Source: Elsinoe ampelina (Eukaryota). Taken from it: DNA of 64,000 nucleotides. Under the pieces are notes generated by a model. That model saw only the letters and a program-made list of their open reading frames with translations. It made no database searches and was not told where the DNA came from. This document shows, one piece after another, positions 46,701-59,212 of the stretch; position 1 is the stretch's first letter, and every line of letters begins with the position of its first letter. The stretch covers positions 1,417,617-1,481,616 of the forward strand of contig ML992506.1 in NCBI GenBank assembly GCA_010093995.1, written 5' to 3'. The translations under genes were made by a program, and so were the position numbers.

Positions 46701-49627
46701 CGTCCGTTGAACCCGACCAGTTCGAATTGAGGAAGTGCATCCGCAGGGGGCAGATACTCGGGAGGGAACAATTTGTCCAAATCGACCGGCAGGAAAGGCT
46801 GATCTTTCCTTCCGGGAGCGTCGCAGCAGAACACCTGCTCTCTTCCTATACACAGTGAGCGTTGATCGTTGGACATTGACTCGCATCGATGGGGCTCACC
46901 ATTGTCGCAAGTTTTCTCTCCAGGGCCTCGGGGATCAAGATCGAGAGTGATTTGACCATTGTCGCATTGTTCGGAACAGACCTTTGCTCCCTTCCATTGG
47001 CCTACGTAGGATCCAGTCAGCTCTTTGCCTTGCATCAGGCTATTTGCGACGCACAATTCTTAAAGCTGTCTGGCTTTGGACAGCAGAGTTTGCGAAAGCC
47101 AGGAGCGCCCTTGGTGGCGTCGTACATCTCGTTGCGCTTCGGACCAATGGACCCCTCTGCATCGCACCTGGGGTTAGATCTAGGCCCCCCTGTATCGAAG
47201 GTCAAGACATTCTGTTTATCACTGGGACAAGACTTGTCGCAGTCTGACCAAGTGCATATGTCCAAGAAGCGCTGCTTGTTACCCGCGGCGCAGCAAAAGG
47301 CCTTTCCACCTCTGCAAGATTCGTCAGAAATGAGCAGCAGGCTTCAGATCTCGATCTCATACCTGGCGCAGACGTAGTCATACTCGCCGGTCACAAGATC
47401 GCCTTTCCAGCCCCAACTATCACCGAACAGCTTGATGTCACCGGCTTGACACTTGCCACTGCAGTCAGTCTGTACTGCTCCCCCACCGGCGTCCCAGTAG
47501 CAGTCATCGGCGTCAAGGCTCGTCCAAGCAGGACAGCATACGTAACGAGCATCTCGAGATTCCTTACATCTGTCCGAATCTGGTCAGCAATCTCCTAAAG
47601 GAACGAAAGTCAACACTCTCTACTCACGCTTTCTTGTGGTCACCAAAGAGTGACTTGACTCTGCCAACGGGTGTTTCGCCTTGGTTGCAGAAACCCCCGC
47701 AATCCGTCACACGACATTGCGAAGCATCATCAGTGGAATGCCCTACTGTCGGCAGTGATGAGATAGGAAGTGCTAAAGGGTCTTCGACTTCCTGGCCTGT
47801 CAAGGCAGACAGAGCACTATGCCTGTCGTCATCCAAATCAATAGCCCAAATCATCAGGCCACTCAGGCCCCGGTCGTTGGCGAAATCTATCTTCTTTTGG
47901 AATGTCTCTGCATCGTCATAGGAGATCCAGCTGTTCTGTCCGTATGTCAAATACTTGACTTGAGCGTCCTTGTCGTAGGTCGATTTGGCATTGCGGGAGG
48001 CGAGAATATTCATCACTTCTGAAATGATTCGTCAGTCACCTTTCAAAGATCGATTGGTAGTGAAGGCTAAAGTACCAGAGTATGATAGGAATCCCGATGT
48101 GCCAGTACACTCTCCAGGCTCACCGCCACCGTCGGAAGATTCAAATTTGCATCCTGGCTTCCAGCAGTTCTTGTCTGCGAGTTTGAAAGACCGTCCATAG
48201 AAACCTATGCCGAGAACAATGTCTTCGGGAGGGATATTATTACGCCAAAACTGGGGCGATCAGTGCGGGCCGGGGAGACCAGGTTTGGATACTCACAAGA
48301 TCTAGGGCTAGATCAATTTCTGTTAGATTTGTATGAGCAAGGATCTGATTGCCAATGGGATTGTCTGCGTCCCAGATGCCGTGAAGGTCGTAGGACATCA
48401 AATTGATCCAATCCACGTACTGATTCATACCGGACACGTCAAAGTGGCGCAAGTACCAGTATGATGTAGGAGCCGTGTACGTCACGATATAGTCCCTGCC
48501 ACTTGATCGTATGGCAGCTCGAAGCTCTTTTAGGAGCTGTGTATAGTTGACTCCATCCTCCGGTGTGCCTCCTCGATCCGGCGCACCCGGGTACTCCCAA
48601 TCGAAATCGACACCGTCGAATCCGTACTGAGCCAAGAAACCGAGCAGATTTGTGATGAATTTGGATCTGTTCGCTTGGGCAGAGACCATGTCACTGAACA
48701 CTTTCTGCCATTTCCCGGGATCGTTATGTGTCCAGCCTCCAAGAGCAACCTGAATCCGAAGATCTGGATTCTTATTCTTCAGGAAAGAGACCTCTCGAAA
48801 GGTCTCTGGCCGGACATCTGGCATGTTGACGATGTCGAAGTCCCCTGGGTTGACGAAACCAAAGGCATAGATCAGGTGGCTGATGTCGTTTACGGGAATC
48901 TCGTCGGCTGACATGTGCTCACAAGGCTTGTTCTCGTTCCAAGACTCCCAATAAGCAATGATCTTCTGCTGTACGTTGCCCTTTGGACCAGAAGGTTTGG
49001 GCTGCTCGCAATTTGACTGGCAGCCTGCCGCACAGAATCTGAAAGATCATGGTAAGGGAGCCGTGTCCAGACACGATCGACGAGGAAAAGGCTTACTCGG
49101 TTGTGGTTCCGCAAAATCCAAATTCACTGCAACAAACGTTCAAGGGGCAAGCCTTCCCCGGTGAGCTAGCGTACTGCCCGCATTCGGCTTTGGCGTCGCA
49201 GTTTGACTGGCAGCCTGTTCCGCAATAGGTGGGTGAGTATCTGGAGTGTATGTTAGTGTCTTCATATCGGACGCTATGGTAGAGATGTATGTGGTCGAAG
49301 CACTCACCCGCACCATCCACTCTCACCGCAGCAAGCGCCATTGCCGCAAGGCTTGTTAGGTCCACACGTAAAGTCCCCTGAACTTGCAGCCGAAGTCGAC
49401 TGTCCAGATCCGTCGGCACGAATCACTAGATCTCGAGGTGTCAACAGATGACTCAGAGGCGCGACGCCTATCGAAGTGTTGGCATGTGGGAGAGCTTCAT
49501 CCACCGCCAGAAGCGCCGATGGCACGATCGGAGGTAATTCAGCGGTCAAAGGTCCGTCAAAATGTAACGCAAATATGGGTGTTGAATAGAGATGTAACAA
49601 AAGGAGCTTGAGGCAATGCCAGAACAT
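43745..49627 (-). CDS. Secreted subgroup-C (killer-toxin-like) GH18 chitinase with CBM18 modules and a very long C-terminal extension; about 11 exons
   Basis: Signal peptide, hevein motifs (CCGESGWCG, CPLNVCCSEFGFCG), intact FDGVDFDWEYPG, LMSYDLHG and MIWAIDLDD. All downstream ORF pieces join in frame through GT-AG introns to the stop at 43745. Confidence 0.87.
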
Positions 49628-50686
49628 GGCGAACGGAGGGACAAAGGGTTACGGCTTGGTAATTGACAATGGGGAGATAAGTGGGAGAATGTGGAAGGCA
49701 TGAGAATGCACAAAATGTATGTCCCAGCAAAAGGGTGGGAGCTGAGCTCCGTTATCACTGGCAGCCAACATGGCCACTTACCGGTCGCATGGATGTGAAT
49801 GCTGGCTGTTATTGAGAAGGTCCTTTGACCGGAGCTTTTCATCTCGCAGACGGGCGATGAGTGGTCTCCGGGAATGACCTGGATCCACCAGGGCTGGCTG
49901 GCATAGTGGCGGAGCGCCTTAGCTGTATCGGGATCCCCTGAATATCGCGCTGGGGTACGCCAGCAGATCCTCCAGTGACCGTCGAGTTGCTAGACAAGGA
50001 CATGGAATGTATCGACCGAGTCTCCGTCCAGAGGGAAGTTCCACCAGGGTCAGCATGACCGCAGCTAGACCGGAGCTTGAGCAAGGCCGCAATTTTACTT
50101 GACCGGAGCAGTGTCGTCTGGTAGGCGCATGCGACTCTCACTCGTCGAAAACGGAGTCTGGTACTCGGGAGCTGAATGATGGAGGGTGTGCAGGTCGAAT
50201 CCACTCATGCAAGGTACCAGGGGGAGAAGGGAACGAGTTACCTCCGAGGCAAGATCCGAATGAGCCGCAGCTGAACCCTGAATCCATATGATTGGACGCA
50301 GGACCGCCGGTCTGCGTGCCGTTCCGGTGAAAGCTTATGAGGATCTACCTCTGGCTTTCAGCTGAACAATTTTACCTTCCTACATCCAGACACCAGCACT
50401 GCCATCAGTACGTACCGCTTGCATGTTGGACTCGTCTTTCCCCATCCAGTGTGTGCTCGTTCACATGCACATCGCGCTATTGTTTCGATCAAATGAGCAC
50501 CCACATTCGACTGTTACGATAGGCGCACGACTTGCACAGGTCAAAGATTAGTTTCCGCGTATCCGCACGGGCACTGAACCAGCGAGATATCCATGGGCTG
50601 TCGTGCCTTAAACAGTGAGCTTCCTTCTCTTGACGCAGGTCTGCTATCCCACACCTGTCCACCCCTTCTTTCCAATCCTTTCTACC

Positions 50687-53215
50687 ATGTACACCGTACT
50701 CGAGATCTTCACCTGTCTAGCCCTTGTGGTGCACAATGTGTTTGCGCAGGAGCAATACCCCCTGGCATATGGAGATGCCTCTATATTGAAAGGCGCGAGC
50801 CAGGAATGCATCACTGCATTCAATGCCAATGTGAGCTGCGCTAACGCGGTCGGCTTACTATTTGGCGACATGACTCCAAACTTGAGTCAAAATACGCTCG
50901 ACTTCCTTTGCAACGGCGAGTGTCTCAATGCTCTAAAGAGCTACCTGGAAAAGGTCGGAGCCAGCTGCGCATCCGATGTGACTTGGGAGGATGTCGCCGA
51001 CTCGTCCACCTGGCCGACCACATATCTGGCCGATAAAGCCATGTATGCTCTTGATCTGAATTGTCTACGCAGAAGGTTCGTTATCTGTCAACTTTCGAGA
51101 TCTTCTCTGACGAAATGCAGTGACGGTGATCAATTTTGCAATCAGTGGTTCCAATCTGGTGCTGCCCAAAGTCCACAACCAGAATGCGACGCGTGCTACC
51201 TCGAGACTGTCCGAAAACAGGCAATATCTCCTTTCGAGAACGATCCGACAGATTTGCAGACCATGTATTCATCTTTGAGCGCCGGTTGCTCCTACACGGG
51301 CGGTCCAGCGACCCCCACGTCTCCAGAAATCATCTACACCTCGTGAGTATCGCCGGTACTGCATTTAGAATTCCGCTGAAAGCATCAATCCAGGCCGACT
51401 GCTACCCCTCGATGTGACTCACGCTATACCATCCAAGCAGGCGATACACCCCTGAGCGTTTCACAGTCTCAGAGCGTCGGCACGCACGATCTGCTCACTG
51501 CCAACGGGCTTTCGACAAATTCGACCTTTCCTACTAGTGGTACCCTTTGCATCAGGAATCGGTGCCAGACATACGTCGTCTCATCAGGAGATACTTGTAG
51601 AAGTATTGCCACAAGTCAGAAATTAGCTCTTGCAGAGCTATATTCCTGGAATCCGTCCATCAACGGCATCTGCAGTAATCTTGGCGGCATGCTGGGAAAG
51701 ACTTTGTGCATCACAAACCCTCTAGGAGACTTTGTGGTCGGTAACAACACCGGCGGTGCAATCACAAGTCCTGCTCCGGTCCCGTCTAACATTGCCCCAC
51801 AAACAAATACCAACTGTGGTCGCTATCACAACGTTTTGGGAGGAGACGATTGTGGCACTATAGGACTGAAGTATGACATTTCACTGAAGGACTTCCGCTT
51901 TCTCAACCCTATGGTCTGGGATAATTGCACCAACCTGTGGATAGACACTTCCTACTGTGTCACTCCAGTCGGCCCCATCGAGGCCTATCCGGGATACTCT
52001 CAGCCTACAGCAACCTTCTCCATGACACCAGAGATCAGCACGCCTGTTCCATGGACTGATCCCTTCAGCGAGCCAAGTGGGGTCGTCAACATTCCTCTTG
52101 CTGACGGGACACGTAACGACTGCTGGGAATACCTTTGGTGGAACACATCTCTGAGCAATCCACCAAGCTGCGAGGAGGCTACAGGATTTTTCGAAATCAG
52201 CATGGAGCAATTCTTGACCTGGAACCCGAGCATGGCCATAGCAGACGACAATAGCACGACTCCGACGGCCAAGGACGGCTGCTCCATCGCCCCGAGTTCT
52301 TCTTACTGCATGGGAATTGCCAGTCCGACACCGCAAGCCACCACGACCACGGCACCACCGTCCCCTCGTGGTGCGGGCGAGATCGACGGGTGCCAGGCTT
52401 GGTTCCAAGCCAGACTGAATTGCGAGTCCCACTTGGCTCTGGCACGCCTGACAATCGATGCTTTGTACAAATACAACCCTTCCGTGGGTCCGGACTGCCG
52501 AGGCTTCGTGCTGGGCACATACTACTGCTGGTCCACCGGAGACGAGCAAGACTCGGAACCCCCACCGAGCACAACGGGAGGGTCTCCCACCACCACAACA
52601 GGACGCAGTCCGACCACGACAGCCCCGACCGGCGGAGTCGTCACGCCAACACCGACACAAAGCGGCATGGTGAGTGGATGCGACAAGTTCCACAAAGTCG
52701 TGTCCGGTGACGGGTGTTGGGCAATCGCCAACGATAACCAAATCTCTCTTGACGACTTCTATGCCTGGAACCCCGCTGTCGGCAGCGATTGTGCGGCGCT
52801 GCTATTGGATTTCAACGTCTGCGTCGGCCGGTCGTCCGCTTCGACAGTCGGCCCTCCTTCCTCAACTCGGGGCACCTCTGCGGCACCCAGTCCCACCAGT
52901 AATCTAAGTCCGAATGGTCTCTGTGGAGGTACTGGGGGTAAGACGTGCAAGGGGTCAGGTTTCGGGGATTGTTGCTCTGCCAGCGGGTATTGCGGTAGTT
53001 GGAGCGATTACTGTGGGAGTGGATGTCAGCGGTCGTTCGGTACTTGTGATGAGAGTGCCAAACTAATCAGCCCGAATGGTCTTTGTGCTGGGACTGATGG
53101 GTATACGTGTGCTGGGTCTGTCTTTGGTGGTTGCTGCTCGGCGAGCGGGTATTGTGGGTCGACTGGCGATTATTGTGGTAATGGATGCCAGTCGACGTTT
53201 GGGACTTGTGGTTAG
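50687..53215 (+). CDS. Secreted multi-LysM protein (about 6 LysM) with two C-terminal hevein/CBM18 domains
   Basis: Signal peptide, repeated fungal LysM patterns (GDTC..IA...LYSWNPSI, GDGCWAIA...FYAWNPAV) and two SPNGLC..CCSASGYCG repeats. Confidence 0.9.
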
Positions 53216-53752
53216 ACTGGAGTTGGTAGGGGATCATGCCTGGTTTGCGACCTGAAGATCAGCAAATGGAATCTCGATCTCGTACCGTAGATCCCAACTC
53301 GATAGCCCGTGCAGTGTCAAGCAACGTGCCCAAGTTGCCAGCATGCAGGACCCTTTGCCCGGGGCTTGACAGTGATAACATGGTGCTGTTGCCCACAGTG
53401 GGCTATTCGTGTGTTCTGCCTGCATGAAGGAGCGTATATAGGTTTGCGAAGCCCCTCTTCGTCGCAAAATCTGGACGGCTGCTCGATATGACCTTGACAA
53501 TCATCAACATTTCAAGGTATCCATGCGGGGCATACTCGACCGCAGAAATGATAAGCTGGGTTTCTGAATTGTATTTGACGACTGGACATGCATTTTTACT
53601 GGTCAATCGTGTAAGCTGGGCCGCACAGCCCCGTCGACCGGTCAGTGATGACACTAGAGTCCTGATTCCTGGTGTCGCACGGCTACCCTCGAGGTAATGC
53701 AAAAAACGTTCCAAAGTGCCATCACTCCGTGGTCTTCAAGGTCAACCACAGC

Positions 53753-54800
53753 ATGGCTCGTACGCAACGTCGGCAACCACCGCCGCCTCCATCGAGACCT
53801 CTGGCAGGATCGCCACCCACGCCGATAAAGCTCCCTGGATGGGGCGCAATCTTAGACACCATCACCGCTGAAGAGCTTGACAGTGATGCCGGCGAGGTGA
53901 TTCTGCTGCCTCAGGAGTACGAGGAAAGATCGGAAGTGGAGCCTGAGGCGTATTGGCGGAATCAAGACGATGCCAGCAGATGTTGGACAAGCACGTTCAT
54001 CTACCAGCACATTCAACCGCACCCTAGATTGGCAAGGTGAGCTCAGTGACTGCCTGACACTTTGACCAGGCTGAGTATAGCGCAGGTTCATTCGCCCCGA
54101 TGAGTGGACTGGACTGCCAGTCCTCGCAAAGCCAGATGGTCCACCGCTCGAAACTTTCATCAAGTCACACAAGTCATCAATGTACGGCATGGTCTCGAAC
54201 TCAAGTCCTGCAACAGCCACCGTACGCATTCAAGATACGCACAAACCACTCATCTATCAATGGGCATTACAACTAGCAGATGCCCTCGCCCGTGTTCACA
54301 GCTACGGAAAAGCCGAAACTCCAAGCATCTGGATTGCCTTTGGAGATGTAGACATGTCAAAATGCTGGCTCACCGCCGGGCTGAACATCCAACTCGTCGG
54401 GTTTCTAAACGCCGCATGCCGAATCCCTGGCGAGCCGATGCACTTCGGCTCACGTACGAACGGTTCGGCATTCCATCCCTTGGAGGGAAAGCGAGGCGAG
54501 CACGACTCGCCTACTGAACAGACAGATGTGTTCATGTGGGGTTGCTTGGTGCATGAGCTGATGACAGGAGCCTGGCCTGACGACAGCGTACCGTATCCGG
54601 AGGTCATCACCACTGGACAGTGGCCACGGCTCGAAAGCGAGTATCTTGGGGAGGTCATAAGCAATTGCTGGACTGGTGAGATTGCGGATGGTGCGAGTCT
54701 GGTGGACAGGCTTCGCAGCACCATCTCAGGGCTTGGATGGCAGGTGAATGAGGACATGCTGGTAGGCTTCGATGCAGAGGCTCTAATCGCCCAGTCATGA
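53753..54800 (+). CDS. Protein-kinase-like protein, probably a pseudokinase (2 exons)
   Basis: HPRLAR/F, WALQLADALARVHS and TDVFMWGCLVHELMTG are kinase-fold motifs. The HRD and DFG positions read FGD and GFL. Confidence 0.7.
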
Positions 54801-55150
54801 GTACACCATGGAGCTATTCGTGTTTGCCAGGAGTGCTCTATTGCTGTAGGCATTGACGGAGGATTCTCCATCGCTGGCCTGAGCTACGCCTACATGGAGG
54901 TTAGCGCTGTTCTGATCCGGCGTCAGCAAGGCAGGTTTTGGCGAACGTCTGTGCACCAACCTCGACCGGCACTTGGGCCGTTCATCATTTCAACCTTCGT
55001 CACTTCAGCTCACTCTTTACGCGTAACTCTAATTTCGCCATCAATTTAAACCAGTCCTATGAGAGTGCCAGGCATACAATTTGATGTGGTATATAAATGA
55101 TCGTGTCGCCGAAGCCTCTTCCGATATGGTAAGTCATCATCTCTATAACG

Positions 55151-56809
55151 ATGTCGATTACGCTTCTCCGTTTCTCAATTCTTCTTGGGGCAGCCGTAAA
55201 GGGTCTGCCATTCAATCCAAGTCCACGGTGTTCCACACTGCGCTGGACTCCATGCAGCAGTGGCTTCATCGACGAAGTGGCAGCCGGACGACCTGCTCCC
55301 AACCTCACTTTTGATTGTGCGACTTTGTCAGTACCTCTTGACTACACGGACGATGCATCTCCGCCGCTCGATTTGTCCTTGATACGCCTGAATGCAACAC
55401 AAGAGCCTGTGATCGGCAATGCTCTCATCAATCCAGGTGGGCCAGGTGGTCCGGGTATCGAGCAATTGGTCTTTGCTGGAAGCTCATACCTTGGGTAAGT
55501 CCCTGATGGGACACGAGGGCCAAACAACACCGCTTACACTGAGCAGGCTGAGTGGTCAATACAATTGGATAGGCTTTGACCCACGGTAATTGATGAGCGC
55601 TTGGAGCTCGGACGATAGGTACTGACGGTTTGCAGCGGTACTGGTCGCACGATACCATTCGATTGCCAGGCCAACCCCCCTCAGGACTACTTCCCTCAGG
55701 CAAAAGAGAGTTTGACCGATAGTGGACTCGTCGAAGATGCATGGAGGACTGCAGAACTATACGCAGCCAAATGCTCGGAGGCACAAGCCGCCACCGGTTC
55801 TTTCCTTAGCACCTCCTTCGTTGCCAGAGATATGCTGGAGATCCTCAAGCACCTTCCGGACGAGAAGCTCAACTACGTTGGCACCTCGTATGGCACATTC
55901 CTCGGCGAAGTTTTCGCTTCCATGTTTCCGGAACATGTAGGTCGCTTTGTCCTCGACGCTGTGGTCAACCCTACAGACTGGCGTGCAGGTACCAGGGACA
56001 CGTTCCTTCAAGATACAGATATCGTTTATGAGGGGTTCTATACCGAATGTGCCGCTAGACCGGACAACTGCGCGCTCACAACTCTTGTTCCTGCTCCTGC
56101 TGACCCGGTGGCAATCCGTAATATTGTCGAATCATCCTTCTCCCAGTTGCTGGCCGTCGATCAATTCATCTACCGCATAATCAAGAACATCCTTCGGCAA
56201 GCGCTCTACGCACCCTCGTCCTGGCCATCTATAGCGAGCACCCTTACGTCTCTGATAGCCCCACCAAACGCCACCACTCCCGGCCTCAACACTACCAGTC
56301 CAAACACCACCAGCCCACCACCACCTTACAACGAAGGCGTCGACGCCTTCTGGGGCATATCCTGCCTCGACACGCCCTGGCGCTCCTCCGGACCTTCCGA
56401 TCTCATCCCCATCGCCGCGCGTCAACAGCCACTCAGCTATTTCGCCAACGTCTTCGCCGACGCCACCATCTGGCGATGCGCGGCCTGGTCCATCGAGCCG
56501 GCAGAGTACTACGCAGGCCCTTTCGAGGCCCGCACGGCGACTCCGATTCTCTTCGTGGGAGGCAAGCGAGATCCGATCACGCCTCTGTCAGCCGCTTTCA
56601 ATGCGAGTAGCGGCTTTGTAGGCAGCAGGGTGTCGACGAATGATGGGTACGGGCACAGCTTGTTTAATGATCCGAGTCGGTGTACATATGATGCTGTGAG
56701 GGCGTACTTGGTTGATGGGACGTTGCCGGAAGAAGGAAAGGTGTGTGTGGCTGATAGGAAGCCATTTGATCCGGCGTTTGGGACGGCTGTGGTGGCAACG
56801 AGCGTGTAG
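55151..56809 (+). CDS. Secreted alpha/beta hydrolase, TAP-like (peptidase S33), 3 exons
   Basis: Signal peptide, CATLSVPLDY, INPGGPGGPG, IGFDPR, GTSYG nucleophile elbow, DPITP and GYGHS. Confidence 0.88.
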
Positions 56810-57256
56810 AAGGAGGAGGAGTGTGGAGGGATGCTGTCGTGTTGGAGCCCCGGCGACCCCTGGTACTCAGGGTTCTGCAAGGAGGCGTTTGTCGTGTCGA
56901 CGGATTGGCAGATTTTCATGGGGTATAGGTTTGGGATATTCAATTATGCGACCGAGGCGCTGGGGGAGGGAGTGTGAAGGTGGTGGAGTTTGAGGGCGTG
57001 TAGGTGATTGGAAAGGATACGGTGAGAGGAGGTGGGCGTGGTGAGGGAGAAGCACTTTGTCAGGTGATATGTTGCTATACATCCAGCCCTTCTTATAGTA
57101 GTGCCTTGGTGCTTCGCGGCTGTTCTTGAAGTGTGCGGATGACAAAAACTCCACGCCCTTGGCGAGGTACAAAATGGATAACTGGAATCGAAGCAGCGAG
57201 CGGGAGAAATGACTCTGGGGGGTGACGCATTGCCTTCCAACATGCGTACGCAAATC

Positions 57257-58618
57257 CTACCAGAGACTCTGCACAAGCTTCAAGACGGCATCAAAGACTG
57301 GTCCCTCCTCAGTCCGCGTCGCAGTCTTGACCACCACCTTGTCCTGATCCTTGCCGACCTTCCACTCGTCGAGCTTGGTCTCCAGGCCAAGATCTCGTAC
57401 TAATTTCTCCACAGCCTTTCCCACCTCCACTGCATCTTTGACATCGTCACCCGTCCGTTGGACTCCGGCGGCCGGGGTTGCTCGTACGATCTGTGCTGCG
57501 ACGTCGCCACCCTGTTGAGCCTTCAGCTGGACCACCTTGCCGAGCGTCAGGCAAGATGTGTAGCCGTGAGGAATGCCATATGGACTGCCAAGGGCGTAAC
57601 CTAGACCATGAGATAATCCGAGGCCACCTTTGACGTTGAGACCAATGAAGCCGAGCGAGGCGTATGCCGCAAGCTGGAGCTGTGTGATCACATCGTGGTC
57701 GTTCGGGTCGGCTTTGTACTTGGGTAGATAGGTGAAGAGGTCGGCCGCTGCCGTCAAGGCAATCTTGCGGGTCAGTTCGGTGGCTGTTGGGTGATAGAGA
57801 ATCTCCAGTGCATGATCCATCGCTCGCATACCAGTCGAGAGGAAGAGATTGACCGGGGTGTAATTTGGGATGAAAGCGGCGTCGTAGATGACTGCGTGTG
57901 GAGCACATTCTGGATTCGAGACACCAGTCTTCTGACCGGAGCTATTCGTGAAGCCAGCGTTCGGGGTGCATTCTGCTGCGGACAACGTCGTCGGAATAGC
58001 GACATGGTGGAGGAACTTTGTCTTCCCCTGGTTTTCTTTTGAGTTTCGCTCGTTGAGTCTGAAGGAGATTGCTTTGGCACTATCAATCGGAGATCCGCCT
58101 CCGATGGAAATCAGCGTGTCTATGCTGCCGTCGCCAAGCACTTTGTCTGTGGCAACATCAAGGTCGGCTACTGGAGCATGTTGCTTGATGTTGCTGAAGG
58201 TGCCGGCATGCCGTGATCCAAGAATCTTCTCAATGTCCTTGACCAGAGGAGTCTTATTTGCTAGGGATGCACCAGTGATGATGAATGCTTTTGATTGCTC
58301 TGTCGGCAAGCATTCCAGGAGGTGCTTCTCCACTGACTTTGGACCATAGAACAATTGCTGAAGGTGTGTCGGCTTATATAGCCCAGACAAAGGCTTGTTC
58401 GTGGCCTCTGTCATTTTCGACTTGTACCGTACCTGATTGACAGTAGCTTGGCCAGACAAAGCTTTATTGTTTGCGGCAGAAGTCTTGGTGCGGTGCAGGA
58501 AAGTGTGGTATGTCCTTGTCGCGGAACAGGATCCAGCTGATGCAATTTGTACGGCAGTCCTGGTGCACTTGGTTTTCGCTAGTATGGAAGGGGCTCTTCT
58601 TGATGTCGTTGAAAGCAT
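57257..58618 (-). CDS. Iron-containing alcohol dehydrogenase family (maleylacetate-reductase-like)
   Basis: SIGGGSPIDSAK, IPTTLSAAE, RAMDHALE and LSHGLGYALG motifs. The start is ambiguous (58618 or 58414). Confidence 0.85.
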   Translation of the reverse strand: MLSTTSRRAPSILAKTKCTRTAVQIASAGSCSATRTYHTFLHRTKTSAANNKALSGQATVNQVRYKSKMTEATNKPLSGLYKPTHLQQLFYGPKSVEKHLLECLPTEQSKAFIITGASLANKTPLVKDIEKILGSRHAGTFSNIKQHAPVADLDVATDKVLGDGSIDTLISIGGGSPIDSAKAISFRLNERNSKENQGKTKFLHHVAIPTTLSAAECTPNAGFTNSSGQKTGVSNPECAPHAVIYDAAFIPNYTPVNLFLSTGMRAMDHALEILYHPTATELTRKIALTAAADLFTYLPKYKADPNDHDVITQLQLAAYASLGFIGLNVKGGLGLSHGLGYALGSPYGIPHGYTSCLTLGKVVQLKAQQGGDVAAQIVRATPAAGVQRTGDDVKDAVEVGKAVEKLVRDLGLETKLDEWKVGKDQDKVVVKTATRTEEGPVFDAVLKLVQSLW

Positions 58619-59212
58619 TGAATGGTCGAGAAAGGTGGAGGAGAAAAGACTTCTGACCGTGCCCTCGATGTCCATCAAGAGTGGGGGGGGGTCGAGCAGC
58701 AGGTTCTCATCACGTCATCAACCTCGGATCAGAGATGCCGACAGACTTCATTCTTTCTCATCGACCAGCTTTGCATTCATCATCAATCCAAGTGTCTTTC
58801 GCAGCGACGGAACAGCGAATCGGGCGCCTCTCGGAGAGCGGTTGTGCAAATTGAATGTGAATGACCTGTAATGCCACTGGAGGGTCCACCGTCCCATGCA
58901 CCTACCTGAATCGTGAACAAGAATTTCCATGAGAGCTTATGTGTACTACCCATTAACCTTTGAGCAGCACGAAAGGGTGGGAAATTGGATGAACATGTAG
59001 GTCAGCAGAGAACAAGGTGCCTGCGATGGGGTCGTTGTAGAGAGGGGTATCCCGACATCACCCCAGGCACCTTTCACGTGATTCCACGTGCCGATCGAGT
59101 GTCGCCTAGGACGCGTCTGGCGCGTTCAGCCACATAAATTTGACACTCTTCCCAGAACACTTATTACTCGCATGCCACATTCACAAGACACATTCGGAAG
59201 AAGTCCTCGCAC

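Noticed and set aside
43745..47056. ORFs 43745-44629, 44694-45641 and 45665-47056 as separate genes
   Set aside because: Each gap has GT-branch-AG signals that join them in frame to the chitinase.
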